A DNA stretch of 64,000 bases, from positions 1,023,374-1,087,373 of the forward strand of contig NW_005434672.1 of assembly GCF_000315625.1 (NCBI RefSeq), written 5' to 3'. This document shows positions 1 to 11,896 of the stretch, piece after piece. Made by a program: the position numbers and the translations under genes. The notes under the pieces were generated by a model. That model was not told the DNA's origin. It saw nothing but the letters and a program-made list of their open reading frames with translations, and did no database searches. The stretch is from Guillardia theta CCMP2712. Taxonomy: Eukaryota; Protista; Cryptophyta. Each line of letters begins with the position of its first letter. Within the stretch, counting starts at the first letter, position 1.

Positions 1-540
1 CCGTTCATTTCGTCGTTCTACCATGAAGTCAGCTACATTCCAGTCGTGTCAAAAACATCATTGCTATCAACGAGTGTTCTCGAAGTACACATTGAATCTT
101 CTGCTCTACGGCCAAGTACGAGGTAAATTCTATACTATTCAGTGCCTCGAAAGCTAATACAGCTGCTCACCCATCAAAGGCATTAGGACAGTTTCAACTT
201 GTACTTGCTCGCATGTCTATCTACTGCTCATCTCTCTTGCCCTCCTCCTCCTCCCCTTCCTCCTCCTCCTCCTGCATTGTTGTTTCGGAAAATTGATCCC
301 AGAAGCGACCGCATTTCGTTCTCACACCAACCCTACCCCATAGTGGAATTCATTACCCCCTACCCTCTGAAAACCAACAATCCTTCTAGAAAAGTACCCA
401 ACTTTACTCATGACAAAGTACCCCCACCCCCATTAGCCGTCAAGGCGCAACAGGAGGATTTGGTTCAGGTAGGTTTAGTTTGATTATAGAAGTTAGGTTC
501 AGGACCAGCAGAATGGTGTAGTTTGGTGGGAGGGGAGGTG

Positions 541-603
541 GGAAGGAGGAGGAGGAGGAGGAGGAGGAGGAGGAGGAGGAGGAGAAGGAGGAGGAGGAGG
601 AGG
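541..603. repeat. (GGA)n microsatellite within a purine-rich intergenic tract upstream of NCKAP1
   Basis: Direct run of gga units. The poly-Leu/poly-Pro ORFs here are artefacts of the repeat. Confidence 0.9.
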
Positions 604-1017
604 AAGACTGCTAAAGTTGTTTGTTGAGGGAGTGGGAGAGTGGAGTAGGTAGAAGGAGGAGGGAGTGAAAGGCATGTAGCATGCGAGAGGAGAGGTACAG
701 AATACAGCGCGAGGAGGAAGGGAGGGTGGAATTTAGCATGAAACCAGCCATGATTGACGCTGGGAGTTAGAACGCCATCTGGTGGAGAACACACTTGAGA
801 GTGAATGGACGTTGACGGGGAGGTGAAAGTGGTAGAGGTAACCTAAGAATTGACGAAGCGAAAGAAAAGAAGGAGGACTAGAAAGAAAAGAAGGAGGGCT
901 AGAAAGAAAGAAAGGAGGAGGGCTAGAAAGATAAAAAGGAATAACGGCCAAGGATAGAGAGCCAACTGTGAGTGTGTCTGATTGTCATCATCGCAGCACT
1001 TCATCGAATCCCCGACA

Positions 1018-4000
1018 ATGGAGGGAGGGGGGGATGGGTCAAGGAACCGCAGGCAGGCGGAGAGGCTTGAAATCCTGTTGGAGTCCTCGAGGACGCTGAT
1101 TGCGAGGCTGGCCAGCCTCAAGAACGAATTGAACCATCCTGACGTTCAGAGCCGCCTGCCATGGAACGAGAAGCAGATGAAGTCTGTGGCTCAGCACATG
1201 AAGAGCACGTTCCCTGCATATCCCAAGTGAGTTCTGGTCAAGCATGGAAGGGCTCTGACATTGTCCTCCCAGTCTACAGTCTCTTGATGACTCCAAGGGC
1301 CCTGAGGAGCTCAGGAAGCGCTCCAAGGCATCGATCGTCTGCCAGCTGCTCGAGAGGTACTTCCTCGCCTTCTACGACAGTGTTGATGTCCGAGAAGAGA
1401 CGCGGATGCTCCTGGCTGAGATCGCGTGTGAGGGTCAGGGCATGCTGCTGCAGGAGATGCCGACGCTGGTTGCTGCCTTCATGAACCTGCTGGTTGCGTA
1501 CATGGAGATGATCCTCCTCCTTTCTCTCATCGCAGACAAGGAGCTGATTGTCTGCTTCTACACCTACTGCTTTCAGTACGCCACTGATCTTCCTGTGACT
1601 AAGTACGAACCCGTCGCCAACTTGTTCCATCACGTCTGCCCGAGTTATGATGTCGCATGGCAATCTCTGAGGAGTGAGTTCGAAGAGGTGCCAACCTTCG
1701 CAAACTACGCGACATCGAAGAAGATGTCGGACTTCTTGCAAAGTTTGCTCTTTGAAGACAGGCGGTCAACGGCGTCGCAGTCTGTACTGTCTTACTACCA
1801 GTCGATGCGTGATTTGATCGATGGCGACTCATGCTTTGGAAATTCCTTAATTCATAGTGGGGAGAACCTGCAATATCCGTCAGGATTCAAGACAGTGGGA
1901 GAGCTGACTTACTGGATGGCACCGCAGATGGAAGACATGTTAACTTGGATGACGATGGGGCTGCTGGCATGCCCAACTTTGATCATACTGAATCACACCA
2001 AGGACAACGTGGAATTCATGAAGCACGTTCTAGAGGAGCGATGGGTGATTGAGTGTGCAGGACTGCAGATATGGACACATGTAGAGATGTACAAGATCTT
2101 CCATGACAAGAGCTTCATCTCGGAGTACGAGAAGAGTATGTCGAAGCAAGGTTTCAAGGCTGCCAAGGACCGTTTCAAGAAGTCGATCTCCAACTTCATC
2201 AAGAATGCTCCTAACGAGCACAGAAAGCGCAGGGCACTGCTGCATGTTCGGTGCGAGGGTTTCTTCCATGTGCTCAGCGACTCGCCTGGCCTCCTCGGCC
2301 CTCAGTGGTTCTCCGTACTGTCTCTGCTCTCCTTGGCCAAGTCAGAGACCCTCTGGTTCCTGCAGCATCGTGAGCTCCCGACAAAGAGGATGAAGGAGGG
2401 TGGGAAGGAGGCGGGAAAGACGTACAAGAAGCACGTGTGGCAGGCAGATTCTCCGACAGGGGAGGAACATTTCATCTCCCTCCTTGCATCCCTCCTTCGC
2501 CTCAAGAACCTCTCCCTCAAGTTCCAGCACGTTTCCTCCGACTATTTCTCGTCCTACCTTGAGGGACTGATCGGCTCGTCGCTGGCTCAAGCAGCCCAGG
2601 CAGCGGAGGACGGGAAGGTGTCGCAGTACATGTCGGAACTTGCTGAGGATCTGAGGCAACCCGAGCCGTCCAAGATGAGGAGTGTGCGTGTAGATGTACA
2701 GAGGCTAAACTGTTGGATCCGCAACAAGAACTACAGGAGCAGAGATGGTTTGGAGGCCATCTTCAAGAACTTGCAAAGAGCATATTATTCTGCCCTTGTT
2801 GTCGAGGACAGCGGAGAGACTGTCTTTAGCCATGCCAGTCTCGGAAGCATCTTCCTGTGGAACGACCAGCTTCTCTTTCATGCCATCCAAACCTTCTTCG
2901 AGATCAACCCAGCCAGCTGCTTGATTGCTGTCCAGGTCTATGATGACATGACCAGGTGTGCTCTTGCTCAGGCGTATCCCGAGGATATCGAGAGTCACGG
3001 CAAGCAAGCTGTGACGTTTGCTGAAGATCTGCTCAAAAGGCTGTGCAAGGCCTTCACTGTTATGCTCCGGAAGCTCATTCGTGATCGAGAGCAGACAGAC
3101 GTCATCGGGTCGGCGATGGAAAAATCTCCTCTCGCCTCATCCCTCTCCTCCTTCTGCAGCCAGATCGCGCATGACTGTCTCACCATCAGAGTCTTCAACC
3201 GAGTCTTCAGTCCCCTCCAAGAAGTCGTCCGGGCAGTTCGACAGGATCTCCGCGACTTCCTGTACGAGAAGATGCTCACGGGAGGGATCATACAGCCAAG
3301 GATCACCTACCGCCAACTCCTCTCCTACCTCAACTCACTCTCTTGCCTCGAAGAGTTCGCCTCCATGTCGCTCCCTGACCTGCTGGGCACTGTACTGGAG
3401 GACGTCTTCGAGGACGCAGCGGTGGGGGCAGTGGGGAAGGGTTTCAAGCTTGACTTGACTGGCTCCTCCTTCAAGGACTCGACCTGCCTGTCCTACAGGG
3501 TGGCCGAGTGGTACGCCACCATGGTCGTGAAGCAGGACGTTTTCTTCGTTCCCTCCAAGAAATCTTTCGTTGGCCCCGAGCAATATGTCGAGGACTCCAC
3601 CTCGGTCCCCTCCCTCATGTTCCTCTCCCTCCTCGTTGGGCCCAGAGGGTTGAGGTGCATGGACCGGGTCCTGCTCTCCAAGATCTTCAGGCTCCTCGAG
3701 AAAGTCCAGCTCAGCCTCAGCAGCAACCGGCCGACCCTGGCGAAGATAGCGGAGGACTTCAAGGTGCACGACTACAAGGAACTGGAGGGGCTCGGCCAGC
3801 TGGACCTCGACGACGCCTTCAAGGCCCTCAGCAGCATCGGATCTCTGCTCCAGCTGCGGCAAAACCTCCACCTCGCCCTCAGCCACGCCATGGAGCACTC
3901 CACCTGCCCCAGAGCCCTCCAGCTGTGCGTCAACCACACGGGCTCCTTCCTGCGCCTCCGGGAGACCTCGGAGCTGGACATGATCGCGTACGACATGGGA

Positions 4001-4614
4001 GGTAGCAACCATCTCTTCCCGGTCGACCCCAACTTGCAGCACACGGCTCTCTCCTCCGGCGTCTTCTCCAGGGAGGCCATGGCAAGCGGCCGTTGGAAGA
4101 ACCTCGAGCTCCTCCTCGCAGGCCTCATCAGGTCCCATAACCTGCGCGACGACGTCGTGCTGACAGAGGCCTGTGGCTACGGAGGAGTCCTCAACGGCCC
4201 AGCTGTGGGCATTCTCGCTCTGCTCATCCTCGCCGTCAGCAACGAGCCGGAGGAGCAGCTTCGAGATACTCCGAGTGACCTCCTGCAGGAGCGACGCGTT
4301 TCCCACAGCATCGCCGTCCTCGTGCGCATCATGACATACCTGGCGTCGAAGCCCGCGAGCAAGAAGCAGAAGAAGAAGAGTCAGAGGTAGGGGAGGAAAA
4401 GAGCTTTGCTTGCTTCTGACCACCGCATCTGACCACCTCCTGCAGGGCTGCTTTCATCCTTATTGACAGGTTCATCGAGCATGCGGAGAAGTACTGCCCC
4501 AACGTCCGCAAGCACGCGCCTTCCTTCCTTATGTCTAGCGCCATTCAGAACCTCGTGGTTCCTGACGAGGCTCACAACGAGACAAACTTCACTGAAGAAG
4601 GGATAGTCGAGTAG
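1018..4614 (+). CDS. NCKAP1: Nck-associated protein 1 / NAP1 (Hem family), WAVE/SCAR regulatory complex subunit; 3 exons (about 1018-1226, 1273-4386, 4446-4614)
   Basis: The N-terminus AERLEILLESSRTLIARL...VAQHMKSTFP and the internal HRKRRALL...VLSDSPGLLGPQWFSVLSLLSLAKSETLWFLQH match the Nckap1 family pattern (HRERRKFL...VLSDQPGLLGPK...ARDEIIWLLRH). The last exon reads AAFILIDRFIE...GIVE-stop after a GT-AG intron. Confidence 0.85.
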
Positions 4615-4748
4615 TCTATGGCTCAGTCCCAAGGCCTCCTGTACCAGTAAAGTACCGCTAATTTCAACCGTCGGGCCCGGTAAATGGCCGCAAATCCCTG
4701 AGTGTGACTCGACTCCGAGGCTCAGCTCCGGGCCGATCGGATGATAGT

Positions 4749-4824
4749 ACGGATACTCTGACGGATACTCTGACGGATACTGAGGTAGGGAGAGAGGGAA
4801 GGGAGAAAGGGAGTGAGAGAGAGA

Positions 4825-4886
<62 letters not shown>

Positions 4887-4920
4887 AGGAGGAGGAGGAG
4901 AGAGTGAGAGAGGAGGAGAA
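4749..4920. repeat. Short tandem repeat (acggatactctg, about 3 copies) followed by (GA)n and (GGA)n microsatellites
   Basis: Seen directly in the sequence. Confidence 0.85.
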
Positions 4921-5045
4921 GGAGGTGGAGAAGCCAAGGAGACGACAAGGAGGCAAGAAGAAAACAATATAAAGAAAAGCTCAGGTGACCTCCCCCACAT
5001 CCTGCAGTGGGATCGACAAGAGTGACTCACTGGTATACAGCGAGC

Positions 5046-6120
5046 ATGCCTGATGGCATCAGCCCCAAGAACGAGGCATGGGAGCAGGACTCGTCCAAGA
5101 ACTCAAGGCTCTCCCATGGCGGCAAAGAAAGCATTGTCTTCTTCATCGATATACACAAGGAAGAGTTTCCAGGCGTCGTATGGCCGACCCTCAACGGGTC
5201 CAACGGGTGATGTCATGATGAAATGTGCGCACGTGGGCTCACAGGTAGCAGGAACCTCACGTTGGAGCTGTTCAAGCAGTGTGTCTCCTTGATAGTCCTC
5301 ACTCAAGCGCGAATCAGCAGGAACAATGAGTTCTGCTTGTGCGTGTTGTTGGATGGAGCGATCCTCTGCTCTGAGTTCACCAGCGACATCTCGCAATTAT
5401 TGGATCAAGTGTATGCTCTTGAGGGCCAGGAGCCCTTCAGCGAGCTCGACATGGCGTCTGTATTCAACATCCTCCAGGAGAGGAAGCAAACTGTTGCCGT
5501 TTCACCCAAGAACAGCACAGGAGACAATCTCGTCAGAGGTATCCTCTTCTATGCCCGATCTCATGCCCCGAAGTTTGTTGAGGGCGAGGAGGCCTGGCGT
5601 GAGCTGAGCAGGGACCCGGATGTCGTTCTTGATGCCATCTTCGTTCACTCCACCCACGGCTCTAAGGAGAAGGCGCAGGAAATCTTTGACTTCTTCATTG
5701 ACTTAGACATAGACAACTCAGGGCTGCCCTACACGTTTGAAAGTGTCTTGAACCCCAAGAAGTCAGTCTCTTTTCTCTCTCCTCTCCTCTCCTCTCCTCC
5801 CCTCCCCTCCCCTCCTCTCCTCCCCTCCCCTCCCCTCCCCTCCCCTCCCCTCCCCTCCCCTCCTCTCCTCTTCTCTCCTGCCCCTCTTTCGTGGTGCCTG
5901 TTGTTTCTTCCGCCTCCTCCTTTCTTCTCTCTTCCACTCTGACTATCTCCTTATCAGAGTTTTGCGCTGCGCTGCTCAGCTCGCTGCGAACGGACGGCAG
6001 AGGCCGAAGCAAGGCCTGCTGGTCAACGACCTGACCAAGATCGAGCTGACCGGGCTCACGGACAGCATGGACACGACAGAGGAGGAGGAGGATATTCCCG
6101 TGGGGATTCCTGTACAATAA
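5046..6120 (+). CDS. BABAM1: BRISC/BRCA1-A complex member 1 (MERIT40/NBA1), vWA-like; 3 exons
   Basis: ESIVFFIDIHKE...NEFCLCVLLD...FTSD...LVRGILFYARS...VVLDAIFVH...YTFE, and a last exon VLRCAAQLAANGRQRPKQ, parallel the MERIT40 motifs (EKVIICLD, HEFALVVV, VVRTILVYSR, FFFDVVYIH, CMAKLLAHPLQRP). Introns at about 5207-5250 and 5763-5958. Confidence 0.8.
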
Positions 6121-6339
6121 AGCGTCGAGACTGCTCTTGTGGCCTCGTGTTTGCACTCGCGCCCTTCCTTCCATCTTATGGGCTGTGTTAAACTACATCT
6201 TTCTATGGAGGGTCTCATGGTTGTTGATGCATCCTTGTGGAGCTTTCGAGCTTTCCATTCTGATCCACCTCGATTGTGCTCCTGATCAGTCTCTTGTTCC
6301 TCCTCGTCCTGCCTGGCTTGTCCTAAACCTCATTCCTTC

Positions 6340-6490
6340 TTCCTCCTTTTCATCCCCGTCCTCCTCCTCATCATCGTCCTTCTCTCCCTCGTCCTCGACC
6401 TCGTCCTCGTCCTCGACCTCGTCCTCGTCCTCATCCTCCTCCTCGTCCTCCTCGTCCTCGTCCTCCTCCTCCTCCTCCTCCTCCTCCTCT
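6340..6490. repeat. (TCC/TCG)n low-complexity trinucleotide tract
   Basis: Seen directly. It produces the poly-Ser and poly-Arg pseudo-ORFs. Confidence 0.85.
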
Positions 6491-7292
6491 CTCGTTCATG
6501 ATCTACTCGACTTGCAGCTCTGAGCTCGTCATGAAGATTTCTGTCTCGAGTTGCCTGCCCCTCTACCCCTCCAGCACCCACCACCCACCTCCCTTACCCC
6601 CTTGGTATTCAGTACCCTTTACGATTCTTCACTACCGGTACTTTTGAATACTAATTTGTGGACATTTGTAGGTAGATTACTACTACCCCCACCCATGTAC
6701 ATGAAGGATCCTTGACCCCTGAACCTCAGGGTCCGTAAGAATGGCGCCGCGCATCTGCGATGACAAGAGATCAGGGAGCGAAGCAGGCGAGAAGGAGGAA
6801 GAGGACAGAAGGAGGGGAGGGAGGGAGGGAGGGAGGGAGGGAGGTAGGGAGGGAGATGAGGAAGGTTAAGTTGGGTTAAAGGAGACGGGATGAGGCAGAT
6901 CAGAGATAGACGAACAAGGAAATGAAGAGGGGGAGTGGAAGACATCGTCAGGGACAGGATGAGAGATATGAGAGACGAGCAAAGCTGAATCTTTCATGTA
7001 ACTGAAAAGAACAGAGACAAGAAGGGAGGTCATGGTCTAGATATCGATTAGAGACTGAGGTCAAGACAAAGAGATGAAGTAGATTAAGAGAAAAAATGTA
7101 ATGGCCACGCAAGAGTGGGAGAGTGTAATGGAAATGAGTAAGAGGTCCAATTCTTTCATATCAAAGTGAACGAGTGTCGTCATCGATGATTTCGAGAGCT
7201 CTCAGACTTGAACCGTCCTCTGCCTCCTCCTTCCTTCATCTCTTGCCTCGCCCTCTGTCCTCCTGACGCACTCGGCGATCGCCAGGCTCGCT

Positions 7293-8281
7293 ATGGCCAG
7301 CAAGAAGAAAGTCACCCAGGCAGAACTGGAGTCGGAGTTGGAAGACAGCATCGAATGCCTGCGACAGGTGAGCAGCTCACCCGAGAGTTGGTGCGTCTCC
7401 CTCACCTGCCATCCCCTGTACAGCTGGGTATAGTGCTGGAGAACTACGGGGGACCCCAGCACGAAGCCAACTACTTCGATCGGATCAACGAACTTGTCGA
7501 CCATCTCAAGAAGATTCACTCTATGAAGGACGCGGTGCAGGAGACCGTTCCACTAAGTGTGATAGAAGACTATCTGGACAAGGGCCTGACCCCCGAGCTC
7601 TACACCAAGCACAGGCTCAAGGTGGCGGAGGCGTACAACCAGCAGGCCAAGGGGAGAATTGACTCGCTCAAGCTGCTCCATGACCATGTCAGGAGGTGAC
7701 ATGATGATGATGAGGATGATGATGATGATGATGAGGAGGAGGAGGAGGATGTGGCTATCATCTTGAAGGACGATAACGTCATTTGTTGTGATTGCTCCTT
7801 ATTATGCCCTTCGCTCCTGTTGTTGTTGAACGCTGCTGATTGTTCTCTCAGCGAGGTCAAACGAAGGCTCGGGCCCTCGCCAGAGATCAAGTTCTCTGCT
7901 GCTGGTGGGGGAGGAGATGCACAGGCCGCCTCCAAGGAAGCGGAGGGGAAACAAGGAGGAGGGAATGAGGAGGAATCGAAGATCAACGAGGGGGCTGGAA
8001 GTGGGGAGGGGCATGAGAACGCTGGCGAGGGAAGGGGGAGGACAGATGCAGCGGAGGAGAAGGGAGGAGGAGGAGGAGACCAGGAGAACACATCTCAGCC
8101 CATGCAGGAGGATGTGCAGCAGGAAGCAGGGACGAGCGGGGTGGATGTGAAGAAGGAGGCTGAGGGCGGTGAGGCTCCAGTTGGGGGTGGAGCAGGAGCA
8201 GAACCTGCGGCGCAGGTGAAGGTCAAGGCAGAGCCTGGGACAGAGGAGGCGATGGATGTTGATCCTTCGGGAGATCAGTGA
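7293..8281 (+). CDS. MED10: Mediator complex subunit Med10 (Nut2) with a long acidic Gly/Glu/Ala C-terminal tail; 3 exons
   Basis: ELEDSIECLRQ|LGIVLENY...VPLSVIEDYLDKGLTPELYTK...NQQAKGRIDSLK matches the Med10 consensus (IRQLGIIV...VPLEVFEYIDQGRNPQLYTK...NEQVKGKID). Confidence 0.88.
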
Positions 8282-8415
8282 GGAGGAGGAGGAGAGGGAA
8301 GAGGTCAGGAAGGTGATGAAGGGGTATGAAAAGTTAAGTTGGTAGGGCTTATGTGACTTTGGAGAATGAAAGAAGAATATATTGCTAAGATTGCACAGAG
8401 CAAACTTGATCTAGA

Positions 8416-11400
8416 TTACACGATGTTCAGAATCTGCAGACAGAGTCAAAGGAGATTGACGAAAATGAAAACATCACTCACCGACTTGAGCCCCTCGTAG
8501 ACAGCAAACTGAATGCCTGCACAAACATGTCAGAAATCCCTCTCCTCCTGCTCCTCCTGCTCCTCCTGCTCCTCCTGCTCCATTTCCTCCTCTCTCCCCT
8601 CCCATTCCTTGATATTCCTTCACATGCTGATGCTCACCTGTGTTGGGCACTCCTCGGATACACGTTGCTGTCAGCCCCCGGTACAAGCTTCTTACCCCCT
8701 GGACTTTGTCGTCAGATGCAGAGAAAAGCATGCAGGTGGATCAGGGCAGAAACGATCGTGAGGGATGGTGGGAAGTGTTAGACCATGGTGAGAGGAGAGG
8801 AGGAGAGCATGAAGAGGAGGAGAAGATGAAGAGGAGGACAGCATGAAGAGGAGGACAGTATGACGAGGAGGACAGCATGAAGAGCAGGGAGAGCAGCGTG
8901 AGGGCAAGAGAAAAGTAGGAGGTACCTCCCGCTTGACCATCTGAGCTGCACAGTCAATCGCATTCTTGTACAGGATTTGAGCGCCCGCAGCCCCCTGAAG
9001 AGACGAATGAGAGACGATCTGGACGATCGGGAGAGAGAGGGAAGAACAATGATGGAATGATGAGAAGTGAAAATGATAACGACAAGTGAGAGGAGCAAGA
9101 TTTGAAGGAAAGAATCATCGAGTTATCAAGAGATAATACATCCATTGGAGGGAGGACATGGGATTGTGTGCAAGGGAACAAAAGACATCGGGGAGAGAAA
9201 GAGAGGAGGAGAGGGGAGGGAGAGAAGCAGAGGGAGGGAAAGAAACCTGAAGTTGCATTCGTCTTCTTATCGTATCCATCGGATAAGTTACGATGTGTGC
9301 GACTGTTGCAGCTGAAAGGAAGAGTGAGAACAAGGAAAGGAAGAAGAAGAAAGGGAGAAGAGCGAGACAAGCAGAGGACGAGTAAGGGACGAAGAAGAGG
9401 AGGACAAGGAGTGGAGATGAAACAAGACGAGAAATACCAGAAGCGCCGGCAACCAACTTCCATCCCACGTTCTGCTTTCCGTCTTGATCCTTGTGGAACA
9501 AAGTCAACCGAGGCAGTCTCGTCCTTGCATTCGTTTTACCTTGGGTAGAACCTCTTTGAACTTGGCGTAACTGTAAAACTTGATGCCTGACCAGCATGTA
9601 AACACGTTGCAACCTGATGGATTTGCAGGCATGCTTGTATGATGGTAACAGGATAGAGCGTGTAAGAATGAAAGGTGCGTATGTTGCAACTGGCTGTAAA
9701 CATTCTGCTGTTGGCATGAAGTCACCTTCGTAGGGAAAGGCTCCGATAAGAGTCGGTGAAACCCCACGGTACAATCCCATCAGTCCCTGAGGCGTTGGGA
9801 ATCGAGACGAAAGACAATTGAAAACGATGCAGGTCGAGAGGATAAGGAATTGAAGAGGTAAAGAGAGAAGAGAAGAGAAAAGGAAGAAGAGGAGAGAAGA
9901 AAAGAGGAGAGGTGAGGTGAAGAGAGGAGAGAGGAGAAGTGAGGAGAAGTGAGAAGACAAAGGAAGAGGAGAGCGTCAGTTTGACGACTGAACATTCATC
10001 TGATGAACACCTCTTTCTCCACCACTCCGACTGCTGTCTGCCACCTGAAAAACATCATCAACTCCGTCTTCATCACGAATAAATACATTCACGCTTTGCC
10101 GATCAAATAGAACATCTCACAAGAGTTCACATTGAATCTCATCGATCAATTCGTATCACACAACCAAACTTCCTCAAAGTTAACAGCTTCAGATTGCAAG
10201 ACAACATTCCATCCAAATGTTCTCTTCACCACATCTTCGTGAACTTCATGACATCTCACCAGGTATTCCCTGCTACTCCAGTCTTGATCGCTCCCTCAGT
10301 CATCAGCCTTCCCGCCATTCGTCTGTCACTCCTGTGAGAACACCACAGAGACAAGGAGAGGACACCAACGTGCGGATAAGGTCGAGGGGATACGTGGCAG
10401 CCACCGACGTCATGCCTGGTCAAGGTGATGACGTGAAGTCAAGGTAGGTTAAAGGAGACGAACAGGATAAGTAGGAGGGGAAGGAACTGGTGGAGCTGGA
10501 ACAAACCTGAGGAGGAGGAGGACAAGTAGGAGAAGAGAGAGGAAAAGGATGGAGGATGGAGAGGAGGGGAGGAGGGGAGGAGGAGGAGGAGGAGGAGGAG
10601 GAGGAGGAGGAGGAGGAGGAGGAGGAGGAGGAGGAGGAGGAGGAGGAGGAGTCATTCACCAGCGAGACTGCCACTGAGAAAGTGTTGCATTCCCATCCCC
10701 GCAGCTACGCACAAGCTTGTCAATCAAGAATCGCAGCCTCTTGCTGCTCCACCTGCAACGGCTGGAACGTTGGCCGCAATGGAAGCAGCGAGCTCCTGCG
10801 GTACAATGAAGTGAGAGACGCGGAGGAGAAGAAGGAAAAGCACCTTATACAAGTCGTTGGTTGCATGCAGAACTCCCTTGTTTGGCACCATTCGCAAAAC
10901 ATTCACTGTGTTTCCTGTGCAATGTGTTACTTACCCGGTTGTTCCGCGTCTCGACTGCAACAAGAAAAAACAGAACGTTGAGATCAGGACAGACAAGCGA
11001 ACCTCAGTCATGCAATCTGAACCTTCAATGCAACTCTAGACACAACGATGGTACATGAAGATCGAAACAACAATCACCTCGCCAAAGTCCTCGGATTCCC
11101 TCCTGTTCGATGACAGACCTGCGGGTTTCAGGGTCACAGATATTCGCTGAAATGACAAGCTCGCAGACTTGAAAGCAGAAACAATGCCATTTCGGCACTC
11201 TCCTGCCGTTCGTTCGACATCAGCGAACAGATTCAGTGAGCCCTCGACTGTACCGGCTTGTGCGAGCAGCTTCACCCTCTCCAGGGGAGCTACGCAAGTC
11301 TTGGCCGTGGCACCGGCAATCCCACCTGACAGCGAAGAAAGATAATCAACCCAAAGGCGCGATAGTAAGCAGGTTGGTGTCGCTACCTGCTATCAACAGG

Positions 11401-11896
11401 ATGGCTGTCTTCTGGCCGGGAGGCAGCGCACGGATTTTCTCCTTTGCCATGGCAGCAAAGGGGTCGGAAAGCTTCTCCGACTGGACCACTTGCGACTCGA
11501 TAGCCTGACTCCTTCCTCCTCCAGCTGCAGGAGACTTGACTTGCCCAGCTGCATTGATCCCTGAGGCATGCTAGTCAAATTTGGCCATGTCAAAATCGGC
11601 CTCCTCACTTGATGTGAACGTGCTCGTGACCCCTTCGACCCACGCCCAGGCCTTGTCAACAGTTAGAGACTGCAGGCGGACATCGACCTGATAGCTTGCA
11701 GTACCTGATGCCCTTGGACTGCCGCCAAGAAGTCATGACTCTGGGAGAGAAGAAGTCAGGTAAAGAGCGTCACAGCCAGAGTCCTCACCGGACGAATCTT
11801 GATGGAGGGAGCAACAATACCGCCGGAGGAATGAGCTGCTCCAATGCACGCAAGAAACAGGACCAGAAGCACTTCAATTCCAAAACGAGCTGGCAT
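8416..11896 (-). CDS. Mitochondrial carrier family (SLC25) protein, CoA/adenine-nucleotide carrier-like, with N-terminal signal peptide; many exons
   Basis: Three carrier repeats reconstructed across introns: AGGIAGATAKTCVAPLERVKLL, SGSLAGMTSVAATYPLDLIRT and AATVAHIVTYPMDTIRRRMQLQ. Also GLYRGVSPTLIGAFPYEG and SLYRGLTATCIRGVPNTGIQFAVYE. The N-terminus MPARFGIEVLLVLFLACIGAAHS splices in frame. Confidence 0.82.
10578..10650. repeat. (GGA)n microsatellite inside an intron of the carrier gene
   Basis: More than 20 perfect gga units. Confidence 0.92.

Noticed and set aside
1-200. Possible exon of a gene entering from the left edge (gtaaat donor near 123)
   Set aside because: Too short to assign a frame or product.
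199-951. Poly-Pro/poly-Leu/Ser-Phe ORFs (also 4381-5030, 6137-6945 and 32952-33468)
   Set aside because: Translations of purine/pyrimidine microsatellite tracts.
3335-4423. 362-aa antisense ORF (similarly 24831-25451, 27257-28165, 28922-29569, 29723-30610 and 35596-36177)
   Set aside because: Shadow ORFs opposite genes with strong GC3 codon bias.
4813-4885. (GA)n tract as a possible telomere or nucleomorph-telomere remnant, or a poly-RE protein
   Set aside because: A simple internal microsatellite without a regular higher-order unit.
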